In this document: in pieces, positions 27,239 to 36,227 of the stretch
Position numbering within the stretch: position 1 is the stretch's first letter
Layout of the letters: each line of letters begins with the position of its first letter
NCBI GenBank assembly: GCA_005883085.1
Contig: VBAY01000033.1
Location: 1-40,833 of the forward strand
Direction of reading: 5' to 3'
Origin: Candidatus Bathyarchaeota archaeon
Lineage (GTDB): Archaea > Thermoproteota > Bathyarchaeia > 40CM-2-53-6
Length of the DNA: 40,833 bases
The notes under the pieces: generated by a model
Told to the model about the DNA's origin: nothing
The model's database searches: none
Seen by the model: only the letters and a program-made list of their open reading frames with translations
Made by a program: the position numbers and the translations under genes

Positions 27239-27601
27239 TTGAACGACGAGCACCTTGGCAAGATTCTCACGGACACTGGACTCGCCCAGTTCGGAGACTC
27301 TCTTCTGAACTTCGCCTACTCGATAGCTCTAACAGAAACCACCGGTCGACCGAGAGGAACAAAAGTCCAAGACAAGATCCTCGCAGATGCAGCGGCAAAG
27401 GCTGGACTGAGGAAGCGTCTCCCGAGACGAGTGGGCCGAGGAGATGTTGCTAACAGTCTGGAGGCCTTGTTAGGCCACGTGTGGTTGCAGAAAATGATCA
27501 CACTCGAGGAAATCGTGGCATGTCTCAAGTCGGAGAACCTTGACTCCAGCAAGAGCTTCTCCGCCCTAGTCGAGATCGCTCTGGCCAAGCTTAGACAATA
27601 A
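27239..27601 (+). CDS. small RNase III-domain-like protein (tentative)
   Basis: 120 aa, TTG start. LAQFGDSLLNFAY resembles the RNase III signature (LEFLGD..L). NSLEALLGHVWL resembles the second catalytic helix (D..EAl.G), but with Asn in place of Asp. Confidence 0.45.
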   Translation: MNDEHLGKILTDTGLAQFGDSLLNFAYSIALTETTGRPRGTKVQDKILADAAAKAGLRKRLPRRVGRGDVANSLEALLGHVWLQKMITLEEIVACLKSENLDSSKSFSALVEIALAKLRQ

Positions 27602-27603
27602 TC

Positions 27604-28098
27604 ATGACGCGCAATCTTGCTGTCAAGAAGGAGATCAGGACTCTCGGGCTCGACCTATGCAACCCTCGACGCTTGATGGGCACTGTCACGAGAGGCGGCA
27701 ATTATCTCGACGGCGTTCTCGTCCTACCATCAAAGCCTACGCTCAAGGCCACATGGATCGCGTCTGCAATCACCAGAACGCGATTTTTTCCCGAGCTCAG
27801 ACTGATTATGACGCACGATCCAGAAATGCAACTCGACGCTAAGATGATCGAGAGGTTGACCAAACTGCCAGTCATCACAGTCGACTCGACGAGAAGGAGA
27901 CAATCAGACGGGTTCAAATCATACAAGGTTGAAGAGAAGCAATTACAGGTAAAAAGCTCCCTTCCTTCAGGGATCCTTCAAGAAATACTCTCCACAACCT
28001 GGGCAACAGGAATGCTTCCTGAGCCTCTGCGAACAGCCCACTTACTCGCTAGATCACGATTTCCCGGGAAAAACACGCGTTTCCAAGCCAACAAATAA
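27604..28098 (+). CDS. DUF99/UPF0215 family protein (EndoV-like fold)
   Basis: IRTLGLD....LMGTVTRGGNYLDGVL...TRFFPELRLIMTH...TKLPVITVD parallels the DUF99 pattern (iRviGfDDg..lvGvv.rg...dGv...srf..lrvIlL...tglPVIvV). Only one Asp of the DD pair is retained. Confidence 0.55.
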   Translation: MTRNLAVKKEIRTLGLDLCNPRRLMGTVTRGGNYLDGVLVLPSKPTLKATWIASAITRTRFFPELRLIMTHDPEMQLDAKMIERLTKLPVITVDSTRRRQSDGFKSYKVEEKQLQVKSSLPSGILQEILSTTWATGMLPEPLRTAHLLARSRFPGKNTRFQANK

Positions 28099-28133
28099 AT
28101 TCGCCTCTTGGCGCTTGGATAGCAGAACCTGTT

Positions 28134-28457
28134 TTGCAGTTCTGTCCGAAATGCGGGTCCACGCTACTACCCGCTAAGCGAGAGAAGAAGGTATTCATGG
28201 CCTGCGGAAAGTGCGGTTACACGAGCAACCGCGGCGATAAACAGGTTAGCAGGTTAGCCCATGAAAGAGAGAAGATAATCGTCATAGGACGGGAAGAACA
28301 GAAAATAAGGACCCTTCCCAAGACAAAAGCTGAATGCCCGAAGTGCAACAATCACGAAGCGTTCTACTGGCTCGTCCAGACAAGGGGCGGCGACGAGTCC
28401 TCGACCCAATTCTTTAGATGTACCAACTGCGGAGCAACATGGCGGGAGAATAGCTAG
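28134..28457 (+). CDS. tfs: transcription factor S (TFS, RpoM-like)
   Basis: TTG start. N-terminal ribbon FCPKCGS..CGKCG. C-terminal ribbon CPKCNNHEAFYWLVQTRGGDESSTQFFRCTNCG with the acidic DE loop. Confidence 0.9.
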   Translation: MQFCPKCGSTLLPAKREKKVFMACGKCGYTSNRGDKQVSRLAHEREKIIVIGREEQKIRTLPKTKAECPKCNNHEAFYWLVQTRGGDESSTQFFRCTNCGATWRENS

Positions 28458-28516
28458 AATTGCTGGAAAGTTCAATAGCGGAAACATCGGCTAAGAAGGA
28501 AAAGCCGGCAAACCCC

Positions 28517-29272
28517 ATGTTCAAAGCCACAATGAACGATGCTCGGCTGTTCCGCAACCTCATAGGAGCAATCTCAAGCCTCATCGAAGAGGCCGACTTC
28601 AACGCATCGCCCGACGGGATCAAGCTCCGATCTATGGATCCCTCACACATAGCCATGGTCGACTTCGAGTGGCCCAAGACAGCCTTCGACACCTACGAGT
28701 GCTCAGCCCCAACGAAACTGCGCCTGAGCGTCTCAAACCTCCTCAAACTGCTGAAAAGGACGAAGAGTGACGAATCCATCGAGGTTATCTATGATGATGC
28801 GAACAAGAAGCTCAACATCACCCTAAAAGGCAACATTGTCAGGAAATTCATAACCCCGACACTCGAACCTTCCACCGAAGAAGTTCCAACGCCGAAGGTC
28901 CCGTTCAACGCAAGAGTCAAGATTACAGCCGCAAGCTTGCGAGACATTATCGATGACGCACAATCCATCAGCGACAACGTCAAGCTAGAAGTAAGCCAGG
29001 AAAAATTCGTCGTCAGGGCGGCAGGCGAGCTGACCAGCGCTCTGATAGAGCTCGACAAGGGATCAGATGCCATCCTCGAACTCGATGTGAAGGAACCAGC
29101 GAAGGCTACATACAACCTCAACTATCTAGGAGAGATAATCCGGGCCGGCTCAGGAGCCTCAGAGGTTACTTCTCTCGAGTTCTCCACCAACATGCCAATC
29201 AAAGTCGAGTTCGAAATGCCCCAGCAAGGAAGGCTTCTTTATTATCTCGCCCCAAGAATAGAGGCCGAATAA
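28517..29272 (+). CDS. pcn: DNA polymerase sliding clamp PCNA
   Basis: MFKATMNDARLFRNLIGAISSLIEEADF..DGIKLRSMDPSHIAMVDFEW is a typical PCNA N-terminus. 252 aa from ATG 28517. The ORF track extends to TTG 28460, which would add an atypical 19-aa extension. Confidence 0.9.
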   Translation: MFKATMNDARLFRNLIGAISSLIEEADFNASPDGIKLRSMDPSHIAMVDFEWPKTAFDTYECSAPTKLRLSVSNLLKLLKRTKSDESIEVIYDDANKKLNITLKGNIVRKFITPTLEPSTEEVPTPKVPFNARVKITAASLRDIIDDAQSISDNVKLEVSQEKFVVRAAGELTSALIELDKGSDAILELDVKEPAKATYNLNYLGEIIRAGSGASEVTSLEFSTNMPIKVEFEMPQQGRLLYYLAPRIEAE

Positions 29273-29282
29273 GAAGAACCTA

Positions 29283-30335
29283 ATGTTAACAAGGGCTGAC
29301 CTAGCCAAATACCCCTTTCTCAACGAAGCCTCCGACTACATCAAAGAACTAGGAATCTCCATCGACGACATCGCATCCCCAGACTTCAGCCCAGTCCTAG
29401 AAAGAGCGGAAAAGAGACTGGAAGAAGCCCTCTCAAAAGGAAGAGTGTCGAACGAATTCGGCAATGAGAATGCTGAGATACTCTCATTCCCGGTCTCCAA
29501 TCTGATCCTGAGCCTCACAGGGGAGGAGAGAGCACAGAGAAGGTTCGCGCTCGCTGAAGCGAAGAGAGCTTACGAGCTTCTCCGACAGGAAAGCCCAGAA
29601 AAGCTCGATTACATCGCCCGAACAACCTTCGGCTGGAAGCTAAACAAAATCGATGCACAGCCTGGAAAGCGATTCTACGATTTCGGGATCTCACTCGCCG
29701 ACTACCTAAGGAACTCTGTTCATCTCAAAGACCCAAAATGGAAGCTTCCCAACAGGATTCTAGACCATGGCCTAGTCTATGCTACAAGAGAAGAACTGGC
29801 TCGTCTCCTCGAGGAAGAGGTCAGAACGAAGATAGTCGACAGGAGCAGCCGGTTATCGGGTGAGATACCTAAGCCCTTACTGCCTAAGGTCGAACGGACA
29901 AGAGGACTCATCACCAAATGGCTTGGCGTTCCATCCCACTATGAACTCCCGAAAGTACCCTCGCCAGAGGCAATGCCCCCCTGCGTCAGACACCTCATTG
30001 ACAATCTCGCGGAAGGAAAGAACGTGCAACACATGGGCCGATTCACACTTGCATCCTTCCTCGTCAACATCGGAGCAGGAGAGGAGGACATCGTCAAGGC
30101 CTTCAAGCCCGCCAGCGACTTTTCCGAGAGAATGACCCGATACCAAGTCGAGCACATAGCCGGCAAGAGAGGCGGGAGGACAAAGTACACTTGCCCAATG
30201 TGCACCACACTCAAAACACACGGAGTCTGCTACAAGCCAGACGATATCTGCAGCACAATCCGAAACCCTCTGAGCTACTACAAGAGCAAAGCCAGAATCC
30301 TAACAGGAAAGGGGCCGAAACGTGAACCAAGCTGA
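29283..30335 (+). CDS. priL: DNA primase large subunit PriL
   Basis: N-terminal KYPFLNEA. C-terminal Fe-S cluster cysteines (PPCVRHL; YTCPMCTTLKTHGVCYKPDDIC). Directly upstream of, and overlapping, priS. Confidence 0.85.
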   Translation: MLTRADLAKYPFLNEASDYIKELGISIDDIASPDFSPVLERAEKRLEEALSKGRVSNEFGNENAEILSFPVSNLILSLTGEERAQRRFALAEAKRAYELLRQESPEKLDYIARTTFGWKLNKIDAQPGKRFYDFGISLADYLRNSVHLKDPKWKLPNRILDHGLVYATREELARLLEEEVRTKIVDRSSRLSGEIPKPLLPKVERTRGLITKWLGVPSHYELPKVPSPEAMPPCVRHLIDNLAEGKNVQHMGRFTLASFLVNIGAGEEDIVKAFKPASDFSERMTRYQVEHIAGKRGGRTKYTCPMCTTLKTHGVCYKPDDICSTIRNPLSYYKSKARILTGKGPKREPS

Positions 30336-31536
30336 ACAAGTCATCAGGCAGAAATTCCAACAATACTACCTCGACCCGAAACGACAGTTAGACCCGCCCC
30401 TGAACCCGTCAGAAAGAGAATACGGATTCCTCCTCTTCAGTGGAAAGTTCATGGTCAGGCATCGATCATTCAAAGACCCCCTTTCACTCCTGACGGCAGT
30501 TAGAGACTTGGTCCCGTCACACGTCTACTTCTCTACAGCCTACTACAGAGAACCCACAGCACCAATGGAAGAGAAAGGATGGACAGGCGCCGATCTGGTC
30601 TTCGACATCGACGCAGACCATCTCAACACACCATGCAAACCCGACCATGACAGTTGGAAATGCAAGGCCTGCGGCACAACTGGAAACGGAGGAGCCCCAA
30701 AGCTCTGCCCAAAATGCAAGAATGACCGTCTGGAAGAACAAACATGGCTATGCGACAGATGCCTCCAAGAGGCGAAAGAGGAAACTGCAAAGCTCCTCGA
30801 GATGCTCTACACGGATCTTGGAATAGACAATGAAGCCACCCGACTATTCTTCTCAGGACACCGTGGATACCATGTCCACGTATATTCGAAACAGACTTCT
30901 CAGCTCGGAGAGGAAGAACGTAGGGAAATCGCCGACTATCTTCTCGCTCAGGGATTAGATCCACAACTCCACGAATTGGAGGAGACTAGTGTTGGAGGGA
31001 CAAAGCTGGCGGAAGGCCCACTCATAGGTCAACCAGGTTGGAGAGGACGAATAGTTGCTGGAATCTACGATATTCTCGGAAGCGAGATGGATCAGATAGG
31101 CCTCACGTCAACTCAGGTCCACGCGTTGAAGTCATGGGATAGGGAAGATCTTCTTCGAAAACCCTTCTGGAACTCGGCGAAGGGGGTCGGAATCTCCACA
31201 TGGAAAACCCTGGTGACAAAAGCTGTCGAGAAAAAATCGGCAAAGATAGACACCGTAGTAACAACAGACATTCACAGACTCATCAGAATGTCGGGAACCC
31301 TCAACGGCCACACTGGACTGCTAGCAATGAAGGTTCCGGAAGAAAGACTCGACGAGTTCGACCCCTTCACAGAACCTCTGGCCTTCCAAGGCCAAATGAA
31401 GGTCAAAGTCAAGGAGTCCCCAGGCTTTAGGCTCGGCGAAGAACGGTTCGGACCGTATCACGACGAGACTGTACAGTTGCCGTCGACTGCTGCCATGCTT
31501 CTTCTCTGCAAGCACCGAGCAGAGCCCATTGCATAG
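30322..31536 (+). CDS. priS: DNA primase small (catalytic) subunit PriS
   Basis: GTG start. Catalytic DLVFDIDADH and FSGHRGYHVHV motifs. Zinc knuckle CKACG...CPKCK. Confidence 0.9.
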   Translation: MNQAEQVIRQKFQQYYLDPKRQLDPPLNPSEREYGFLLFSGKFMVRHRSFKDPLSLLTAVRDLVPSHVYFSTAYYREPTAPMEEKGWTGADLVFDIDADHLNTPCKPDHDSWKCKACGTTGNGGAPKLCPKCKNDRLEEQTWLCDRCLQEAKEETAKLLEMLYTDLGIDNEATRLFFSGHRGYHVHVYSKQTSQLGEEERREIADYLLAQGLDPQLHELEETSVGGTKLAEGPLIGQPGWRGRIVAGIYDILGSEMDQIGLTSTQVHALKSWDREDLLRKPFWNSAKGVGISTWKTLVTKAVEKKSAKIDTVVTTDIHRLIRMSGTLNGHTGLLAMKVPEERLDEFDPFTEPLAFQGQMKVKVKESPGFRLGEERFGPYHDETVQLPSTAAMLLLCKHRAEPIA

Positions 31537-31610
31537 ACCACCGTCAAGATATTATTAGCTCGTCAATGAGATAGCCTCGTCTTCCAGAGAGATGTAGTGC
31601 CACGGCTACT

Positions 31611-32165
31611 ATCTACGATGAGACAATCGAAGCATGGCGACGAGAGTTCCACAGCCCTGAACTCCAGGAACTCAGACCCGAGTTCTTTCGAGACGTAGCC
31701 GCGTACGTCCGAAGATTGAAGGAAACCCAGAGAAATCTAGACCAACGATCCCTCAAAGCCATTCTTCTAGAAGAGGAAACAAAGAGAATAGAACGACTAG
31801 TTGTCGAGCTTGTCGACCGAAGACTCTCGAAAATCTGGCGAACCTCCCAGACAAACGCCCAGGTCACCCCGCATACTTCGGAGAAATGGGCTCAGGAAGA
31901 ACTCTCCACTCTTGCTCGCCACTACAGAAAGTTCAAGGAAGACACGATTCAGGGAATAGAACCTTCAAACTCTCCAGAGAAAAAGAAAGACAAGCTCCTC
32001 CTTCGATTCGTCAAAGACATGCCGTCTATCATTGGCGTAGACCTGAAAACCCATGGACCATTCCTGAAAGAAGACATCGTCGTTCTCCCGTACGAGAATG
32101 CTGAGAGCCTAATACGGCAAGGCACCGCGGTCGAGATAAGACCAAGCCACGGGGATAATGGATAA
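31611..32165 (+). CDS. GINS subunit (Gins51/Gins15-like); start codon non-canonical or unresolved
   Basis: The frame is open from 31575. Residues ETIEAWRREFHSPELQELRPEFFRDVAAYVRRL match the conserved GINS N-terminal helices (L..E..S.EL..l..dFY). The C-terminus DLKTHGPFLKEDIVVLPYENAESLIRQGTA is the typical B-domain. The first ATG/GTG/TTG in frame is TTG 31716, which lies inside the conserved region. ATC 31611 is a placeholder start. Confidence 0.65.
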   Translation: MYDETIEAWRREFHSPELQELRPEFFRDVAAYVRRLKETQRNLDQRSLKAILLEEETKRIERLVVELVDRRLSKIWRTSQTNAQVTPHTSEKWAQEELSTLARHYRKFKEDTIQGIEPSNSPEKKKDKLLLRFVKDMPSIIGVDLKTHGPFLKEDIVVLPYENAESLIRQGTAVEIRPSHGDNG

Positions 32166-32202
32166 AAGGACGCCCCCGCCCCCAAACCAGCCCTTTCCCA
32201 CG

Positions 32203-32493
32203 GTGAAAGAAAGAACGAAGTATCCAAAAGAGATCAACACCTACTGCCCTAAGTGCAAACACCATACAGCACATGCCGTCGCAGTCTACAAGGCGGGCAA
32301 GCAGCGCACTCTATCGTGGGGAGCCAGACGACAAGAAAGACGAAAACACGGCTACGGCGGGCAGAAATTTCCTGAACTGAAACGCACCGCCAAGACAACC
32401 AAGAAAGCCCTTGTCAAACTGAAATGCCGAACCTGCAACTATACAATTGAGAGACTGGGTATCAGGCTGAGAAAACTAGAGGTCGGAGCCTAA
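32203..32493 (+). CDS. rpl44e: 50S ribosomal protein L44e
   Basis: KYPKEINTYCPKCKHHTAH...CRTCNY zinc-ribbon ribosomal protein. GTG 32203 gives the usual length of about 96 aa. The ORF-track ATG 32158 would add a Pro-rich 15-aa extension overlapping the GINS stop. Confidence 0.85.
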   Translation: MKERTKYPKEINTYCPKCKHHTAHAVAVYKAGKQRTLSWGARRQERRKHGYGGQKFPELKRTAKTTKKALVKLKCRTCNYTIERLGIRLRKLEVGA

Positions 32494-32495
32494 CA

Positions 32496-32687
32496 ATGAG
32501 GTGGGAACTAATACCAAAGCCTCGAAGCATTTTCCTACGCGTCAAATGCCCCAAGTGCGCTAACGAACAGGTAATTTTCGAGCGAACAAGCAACTACGTG
32601 AAATGCACCGTTTGCGATGAGCTTCTAGCTCAACCGAAAGGTGGAAAGGCAGAGATTAGAGGAGAAATATTACAGCCCCTCGCCTAG
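32496..32687 (+). CDS. rps27e: 30S ribosomal protein S27e
   Basis: 63 aa with a CPKCANEQVIFERTSNYVKCTVCDELL ribbon. Conserved position between L44e and aIF2-alpha. Confidence 0.9.
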   Translation: MRWELIPKPRSIFLRVKCPKCANEQVIFERTSNYVKCTVCDELLAQPKGGKAEIRGEILQPLA

Positions 32688-32708
32688 AGGGAACTGGGAG
32701 GAAATCGA

Positions 32709-33500
32709 TTGAGCGTCCAGGCTTCACAACCACTAATGCCAGAGGTCGGGGATCTGGTCGTTGCAACTGTAACCAGAGTCGAAGACTACGGTGCATACGT
32801 GAAGCTCGACGAGTTTAGCGGGATCGAAGGTCTTGTCCATATTTCAGAGATCTCAACCACCTGGGTTCGAAACATCAGGGAACACGCGCGACAAGGCCAG
32901 AAGCTAGTTCTGAAAGTCTTACGCGTAAGCTCACAACGGAACCAGATAGATCTCTCCCTCAGAAGAGTTACTGGAAGAGAAAAGTCCGAGAAGATGCTGG
33001 AATGGAAGAAGGAGCGAAAAGCTGAGGCGATCCTGAAGAGTGCCGCTGACAAACTGAAAAAGTCGGTAGATGACGCCGAGGATATTAGAAAGATTCTCCT
33101 AGACAAATTCGGAGGACTCTACTCTCCCCTCGAAGAGGCCTTGGACGAAGGCCCCGAGGTCTTGGTGAAGGGTGGATTGTCATCTGAATGGGCTCAGGCA
33201 ATCGCAGAAGTTACGAAAAGCAAGATCCGGCTTGAAAGGTCGAAAGTCCGAGGAACCGTCTCGATAACCTGCCATAAACCCGGCGGAGTCGAGATAATCA
33301 AGCAAGCTCTGACCAGCGCGAAGAAGATCCGCAAGCCTCGCGGAAGCGAGGTGAAAATCTACTCGATAGGTGCCCCCAAGTACCGGATAGAAGTGCAAGC
33401 TCCCAGCTTCGAAGCGGCCGAGAAAACCCTAAGCCTGGCGATGGAGGAAGCTCTGGGGACCATCAAAAAGGCTGGTGGTGAGGGAAGGAAGCTTGGATGA
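32709..33500 (+). CDS. eif2a: translation initiation factor aIF-2 alpha subunit
   Basis: S1 domain PEVGDLVVATVTRVEDYGAYVKLDEFSGIEGLVHISEIS. The TTG start is preceded by GGGAGG at the right spacing. ATG 32736 is an alternative start. Confidence 0.9.
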   Translation: MSVQASQPLMPEVGDLVVATVTRVEDYGAYVKLDEFSGIEGLVHISEISTTWVRNIREHARQGQKLVLKVLRVSSQRNQIDLSLRRVTGREKSEKMLEWKKERKAEAILKSAADKLKKSVDDAEDIRKILLDKFGGLYSPLEEALDEGPEVLVKGGLSSEWAQAIAEVTKSKIRLERSKVRGTVSITCHKPGGVEIIKQALTSAKKIRKPRGSEVKIYSIGAPKYRIEVQAPSFEAAEKTLSLAMEEALGTIKKAGGEGRKLG

Positions 33501-33682
33501 AATGGTTGATGAGACGATGCCCGAAATGCTCGAGGTATACTCTGAAGGAAACGTGCCCGGTTTGCGAGTCGCAGACTAAGAGTCCTCACCCGCCAAAGTT
33601 CTCGCCAGACGACAAGTACGCCCAGCAGAGAATGAAAGGGTCGATCACGGTCTCCGAAAGCCTAGAATATCCTATCACGTGA
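33497..33682 (+). CDS. nop10: H/ACA RNP protein Nop10
   Basis: 61 aa. CPKCSRYTLKETCPVCES ribbon, then PPKFSPDDKY. Confidence 0.9.
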   Translation: MKWLMRRCPKCSRYTLKETCPVCESQTKSPHPPKFSPDDKYAQQRMKGSITVSESLEYPIT

Positions 33683-36227
33683 AAGTCAGGGGCTGGGGCT
33701 TCGTGACTGCGATGTCTAAGAGCTGAGCTGGATCACCTTGCCACCTGGCCCTGACCAGAATGGATTGTTGACCGGTTGGAAGTTGGTTCCAACCGTAAGC
33801 AAAATGGCCGGCCGTCGAGTTGACGTTCGCGATGAAATTCCAATTTAGTCCCTTGCTGTCAGAAGAATATTCCAGAATAACCGGTATCTTGTCTGTAGTT
33901 GTGTCGATCGGTTTGCCAGTTGACGTTGTCAATGTTCCAGTGATATTCGTGCCTCCGCTTGTAGGGGGAACTATCGCAGGTGTGAGCTGGGCCGTAATCG
34001 ACGGCTGGTCAGGATATCTTACCGAATATACAAGAACGTATGAGGAGGAAGAGGCGAAGTCTTGCACGAAGAAGTTTGGAGCCGCAGGTCCCGTATCATT
34101 CGCGTCATTCGGCCGTCCCCCTGGGTAGCTGCTTCGCATCAGTAGACCGAGAACGGTGTTGCTGGTTGGGATTTGAACCGACTGGACCGTTTGGGGGTTT
34201 GGAGAGTAGTTGCTGGTAATTCTTTCGTCAGTCGTCTTGTTCCCAATGGTCACGAGTCGGTGGTAGTTTGATGCTCCGGTTGAGGGATTCGTGATAATCT
34301 GCCGGTAGCTGACCGAGGCAACTCCCATTGGGGTATTGATTGAGGTATTGTTGCCTATCCTGACCATCCAGTACCACTTGCTGTCATCTCCGTATCCGCA
34401 GAAGGCAGGTCCGCTCGAGCCGCAAAGTCCACGATTGTAGCTGATGAAGATCGCCACATGCGTGATTCTCTCCTGTCGCATCAACTGGACAGCAAGCGAC
34501 TCGTTTAGCATGAAACCTGTCGCTATATCCTGTATTGCTGTGGTGTTCCCCGTTCCATTGTCCGAGAGTGTACTTAGCCCCGTATTCACAGTAATCCAGT
34601 AACCATAGTCCCACCATGTGAAGATGACACTTGAGTGTGGCAGATTACTGTTCATCCAGGATAGCGTTTCAAGCCAGTCGGGGATCGCTGCCCGGACGGG
34701 AAGGCTGGCGGAGGCGATAGTGGTCGGTGTGTAAGCTGATTGGACAGCGTTGATGAAAGTGGGAACGACTAAGACGATTATGATGAGCAGGATGCCAAGA
34801 CTGAACTCTCGGCTTACCCTACTGGTGAAGCGTAGCTTGCGCCTGGGAAAGATGACAGCTTGCTGAATAATATCCATAGCAGGCTTGCCCAATTCGACAA
34901 CGGTTATCGCAGCGAGCGTTGACATGACCGGCGCTAAGATCAAAGTTAGCCGGACCAAGCTCGCAGCAAAGTAGAAGCCCGTGACGCCGAAGATTATCAA
35001 CAGAACATCCCCCTCGCGCAGCCGCTGAAAGGCGAAGAAAAAGCCAAAGACCCCCAGAATTATCAGGCTACCGAGTTCGAGGTACAGACTAGCCCAAGTC
35101 GAGGGACGATTCTCGGCCACCGACGCAACTAGCGGAATATTGTTTCGGACGAACGGATTCACAGTAGCGAGGAACTTTCCCTGGAGCAACGATCCGGACA
35201 CTATCTTGGTGCTTACCAAGAAAAAGACTATTCCTGCTGCAGAGATAATTGTAAGACCTGAAATTGTCAGTCTTCCTCTGGTGGAAGGGGCTAGCCTTGC
35301 CAGTTCCATCACGATAAGGAGGCCCATAACTCCAAGCAACGCTATCGTAGTGCTCTCGGTGAGGAATATGTGTCCAAGGAGCGGAATCTCTGTTCCGATG
35401 TAGAGCATGAAGCCTATCGTAGCGCCATACGCCAGGAAGAGACGTGGAGTGTAGCGCCCCAACACCACCAGCGCCAAGGCGAACAACCCGAGCACCTCGG
35501 CCGCGTAACGGAAGCTTCCCCACGAGAACGACATGTAGATCAGGCTCATGCTCGACATCATGCTGTAGATGATCGTGCTCTTCAAACTCCTTCCTGGATT
35601 GACTGCTCGCATGAAAAATAGGAAGGTAAGAATCATTGTCGGGACGCCAACCCCCTCATTCCTGAAGAATCCTAGCTCTGTACGACTGATTAGACTCGAG
35701 CTGAAGGCCGCGAATAGCGCGGCGAACAATCCGGCGCTTTTTCCCCAGAGGTCTTTTGCAAAGAAGTAGGTGGCCAGGACAGCAAAGGCGCCGAGCAAGA
35801 CTGGGCTGTAGACAGCTGCGTCGTAGAGGTTGATGTTAACTCCTATAGATTGAAAGAACTGATAGATCAGAGTGCCCGTGAAACTTGTGCCTGGATAGCT
35901 CGTTATGACTGGGGCACGCCCGAAGGGGAACCACTCGCTAGTATTCACGTAGGTAAACCAGGACTGCCAGCTAGTAGCAGTAATCACCCGCATATCATTG
36001 AAGTTGAAGTAGGGGTCGAACTCTGAAATGTACGCACCCCAGCGAAGAGGGAGCAAACGGACGAGTGAAGCTAGGACGAGCGTTAGGGTGAGAATTGAGT
36101 AATGGAGGAAGGTAGCCCGAGAGACAAGTCCGAGGTTCTTCTTTATCGCTCTGAACCGGGAGGCAATGCTTTCACGTGTCAGGCCTGCTCGAATCTCCCC
36201 GAGAAAACCTTCGGGTTCAATCTCCAA
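33675..36227 (-). CDS. aglB: archaeal oligosaccharyltransferase AglB (STT3 family)
   Basis: 850 aa with a multi-TM N-terminal half. First-loop acidic motif EFDPYFNF and the WWDYGYW signature (IFTWWDYGYWITV). Its 3' end overlaps the nop10 3' end by 8 nt (convergent). Confidence 0.9.
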   Translation of the reverse strand: MEIEPEGFLGEIRAGLTRESIASRFRAIKKNLGLVSRATFLHYSILTLTLVLASLVRLLPLRWGAYISEFDPYFNFNDMRVITATSWQSWFTYVNTSEWFPFGRAPVITSYPGTSFTGTLIYQFFQSIGVNINLYDAAVYSPVLLGAFAVLATYFFAKDLWGKSAGLFAALFAAFSSSLISRTELGFFRNEGVGVPTMILTFLFFMRAVNPGRSLKSTIIYSMMSSMSLIYMSFSWGSFRYAAEVLGLFALALVVLGRYTPRLFLAYGATIGFMLYIGTEIPLLGHIFLTESTTIALLGVMGLLIVMELARLAPSTRGRLTISGLTIISAAGIVFFLVSTKIVSGSLLQGKFLATVNPFVRNNIPLVASVAENRPSTWASLYLELGSLIILGVFGFFFAFQRLREGDVLLIIFGVTGFYFAASLVRLTLILAPVMSTLAAITVVELGKPAMDIIQQAVIFPRRKLRFTSRVSREFSLGILLIIIVLVVPTFINAVQSAYTPTTIASASLPVRAAIPDWLETLSWMNSNLPHSSVIFTWWDYGYWITVNTGLSTLSDNGTGNTTAIQDIATGFMLNESLAVQLMRQERITHVAIFISYNRGLCGSSGPAFCGYGDDSKWYWMVRIGNNTSINTPMGVASVSYRQIITNPSTGASNYHRLVTIGNKTTDERITSNYSPNPQTVQSVQIPTSNTVLGLLMRSSYPGGRPNDANDTGPAAPNFFVQDFASSSSYVLVYSVRYPDQPSITAQLTPAIVPPTSGGTNITGTLTTSTGKPIDTTTDKIPVILEYSSDSKGLNWNFIANVNSTAGHFAYGWNQLPTGQQSILVRARWQGDPAQLLDIAVTKPQPLTFT

